Origin: Escherichia phage phi92
Sequence record: NC_023693.1
DNA length: 64,000 nucleotides
Reading direction: 5' to 3' (one strand)
The first letter of the stretch is position 1, and each line of letters starts with the position of its first letter. The position numbers and the translations under genes are program-made. Below are positions 62,804-64,000 of this stretch, piece after piece. The notes beneath the pieces were generated by a model. The model was not told where the DNA came from, did no database searches, and worked only from the letters and a program-made list of their open reading frames with translations.

Positions 62804-63948
62804 CATTCTTATTTATAGCTGATTATTTATGCAATAAACTGCATAATGCAATAATGATAATCATTCTTAACTTAAGACCATCTAACCTATAAAATAATAA
62901 GCTATCTAACTAAATTAAACCTAATTATCTCACTTTTATTTATAACTTACTGTTATTATCTCATTGATAACATTGTATTAAACAACAATAACTAATATAA
63001 ATCATTACTAAGCTAACTATAATCTATCTAACCCTTAAAACTACAATTATAATCTATCAAATTGTTGCACAAAGTAACTATTAAATTGTTAGTAACATTA
63101 CTAAATAATTTACATCCTACTTATTTATGATCTAATCTTTACCTCCCTATCTATTACCTAAATAACCATTTCATGTAGTAATCATTTCATACAATAACTA
63201 TAACAAGAAATATAATTCGCAAGCGTATCATTAGCAGCCTATGCCGGACACATAGGCGGCTAATAATAACGCAACTACACACCCCACATAATAACCATCA
63301 CCGATAGTTATTATTTGTGCTTATGTAGCTTGCAACAATTGCAAGCGCAACAATATACGAGAGTATATTGTATTCCCTTACATTGTTGCGGTGCGTTATT
63401 ATTAGCTAATGTTTAGAACATTGGCTATAATATAAGCTAAATAATAAGCTATGCAATAATAAACATGGTGAATAATGACATTGATGATCATAATGCGCCA
63501 CCCTCCAGGGGGCGCTATGTGTACACAAAGAAATCTTTCTTGTCAAGAAAAATATCATCACTATTGCGCAAAATTATTTACATCTGAATAGATGATTTTT
63601 CATACTATTGCCCCCATAATTATCTTTATTTGTTACCCCTAAATATCCTATTTGTTGAGCCTACTTTCTTAAAAGCGCAATAAATCAGAATTATCTTGAT
63701 TTTTAGTCGGTTTTATAGTATAGAAAATATGTAAATGATAATCATTATCAGCTATCTTCCACGGGTGGCACTATTTCACGCCAGATCATTTCATTTGACA
63801 AGGTGTATATAGATGTTTAGACTTGCCAAGCCATTGATTTACTTAGAATTTATCTGTTTTGTTGTGAGTAGTACCTTTCTTGCTCAGAAAATAATCAAAA
63901 GTCTTATAAGTCATTGAATGATAATGCAAATGATAATTATTCTCATTG
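62804..63948. promoter_or_regulatory. non-coding AT-rich region with four Fur-box-like sites and short repeats
   Basis: AAATGATAATCATTCTTA at 62804 and 62852, AAATGATAATCATTATC at 63733, AATGATAATGCAAATGATAATTATTCTCATTG at 63916; recurring (A)TCTATCTAAC motifs; no ORF of 60 aa or more. Confidence 0.4.
63259..63406. repeat. nested inverted-repeat structure
   Basis: Exact 14-bp inverted repeat GCTAATAATAACGC / GCGTTATTATTAGC enclosing palindrome GCTTGCAA-CAA-TTGCAAGC and inverted repeat CGCAACAAT...ATTGTTGCG. Confidence 0.5.
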
Positions 63949-64000
63949 ATATTTGAGGGGGACGGTCGGCAGAAATCGGGGGGCGCTGAAAATCGCGTTA

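Overview
The window reads as one contiguous stretch of a virulent tailed-phage (Caudoviricetes) genome, visibly AT-rich, with three blocks. (1) 1-8.4 kb, + strand: tail-fibre module with a coiled-coil fibre and its Tfa-like chaperone, a pectate-lyase-fold tailspike, a collagen-like fibre, and an Ig-like protein followed by a frame-disrupted SGNH esterase. (2) 8.4-47.4 kb, - strand: replication, nucleotide-metabolism and accessory genes. These include a DPPY DNA methyltransferase, an SSB-like protein, a family-A DNA polymerase carrying an intein, a T7 gp4-like primase-helicase, four glycosyltransferase-like genes, a Ter-like set (TerD, TerD-vWA, TelA, TerC) next to macro, PRTase and HAD genes, nrdG, an nrdD split by a T4-like group I intron, and a UvrD-like helicase carrying an intein. 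(3) 47.5-62.6 kb, + strand: an early-type array of small genes, most preceded by the same sigma70-like promoter plus GC-rich leader hairpin, plus a NADAR protein and a zinc-ribbon/T5orf172 protein. Two repeat-rich non-coding regions (51.9-53.3 kb and 62.6-64.0 kb) carry tandem iterons, Fur-box-like palindromes and nested inverted repeats. No rRNA, tRNA or CRISPR array was recognised. All calls rest on motif recognition by eye and reading-frame logic; no database search or folding computation was run, so family assignments are hypotheses and unnamed ORFs are left as hypothetical.
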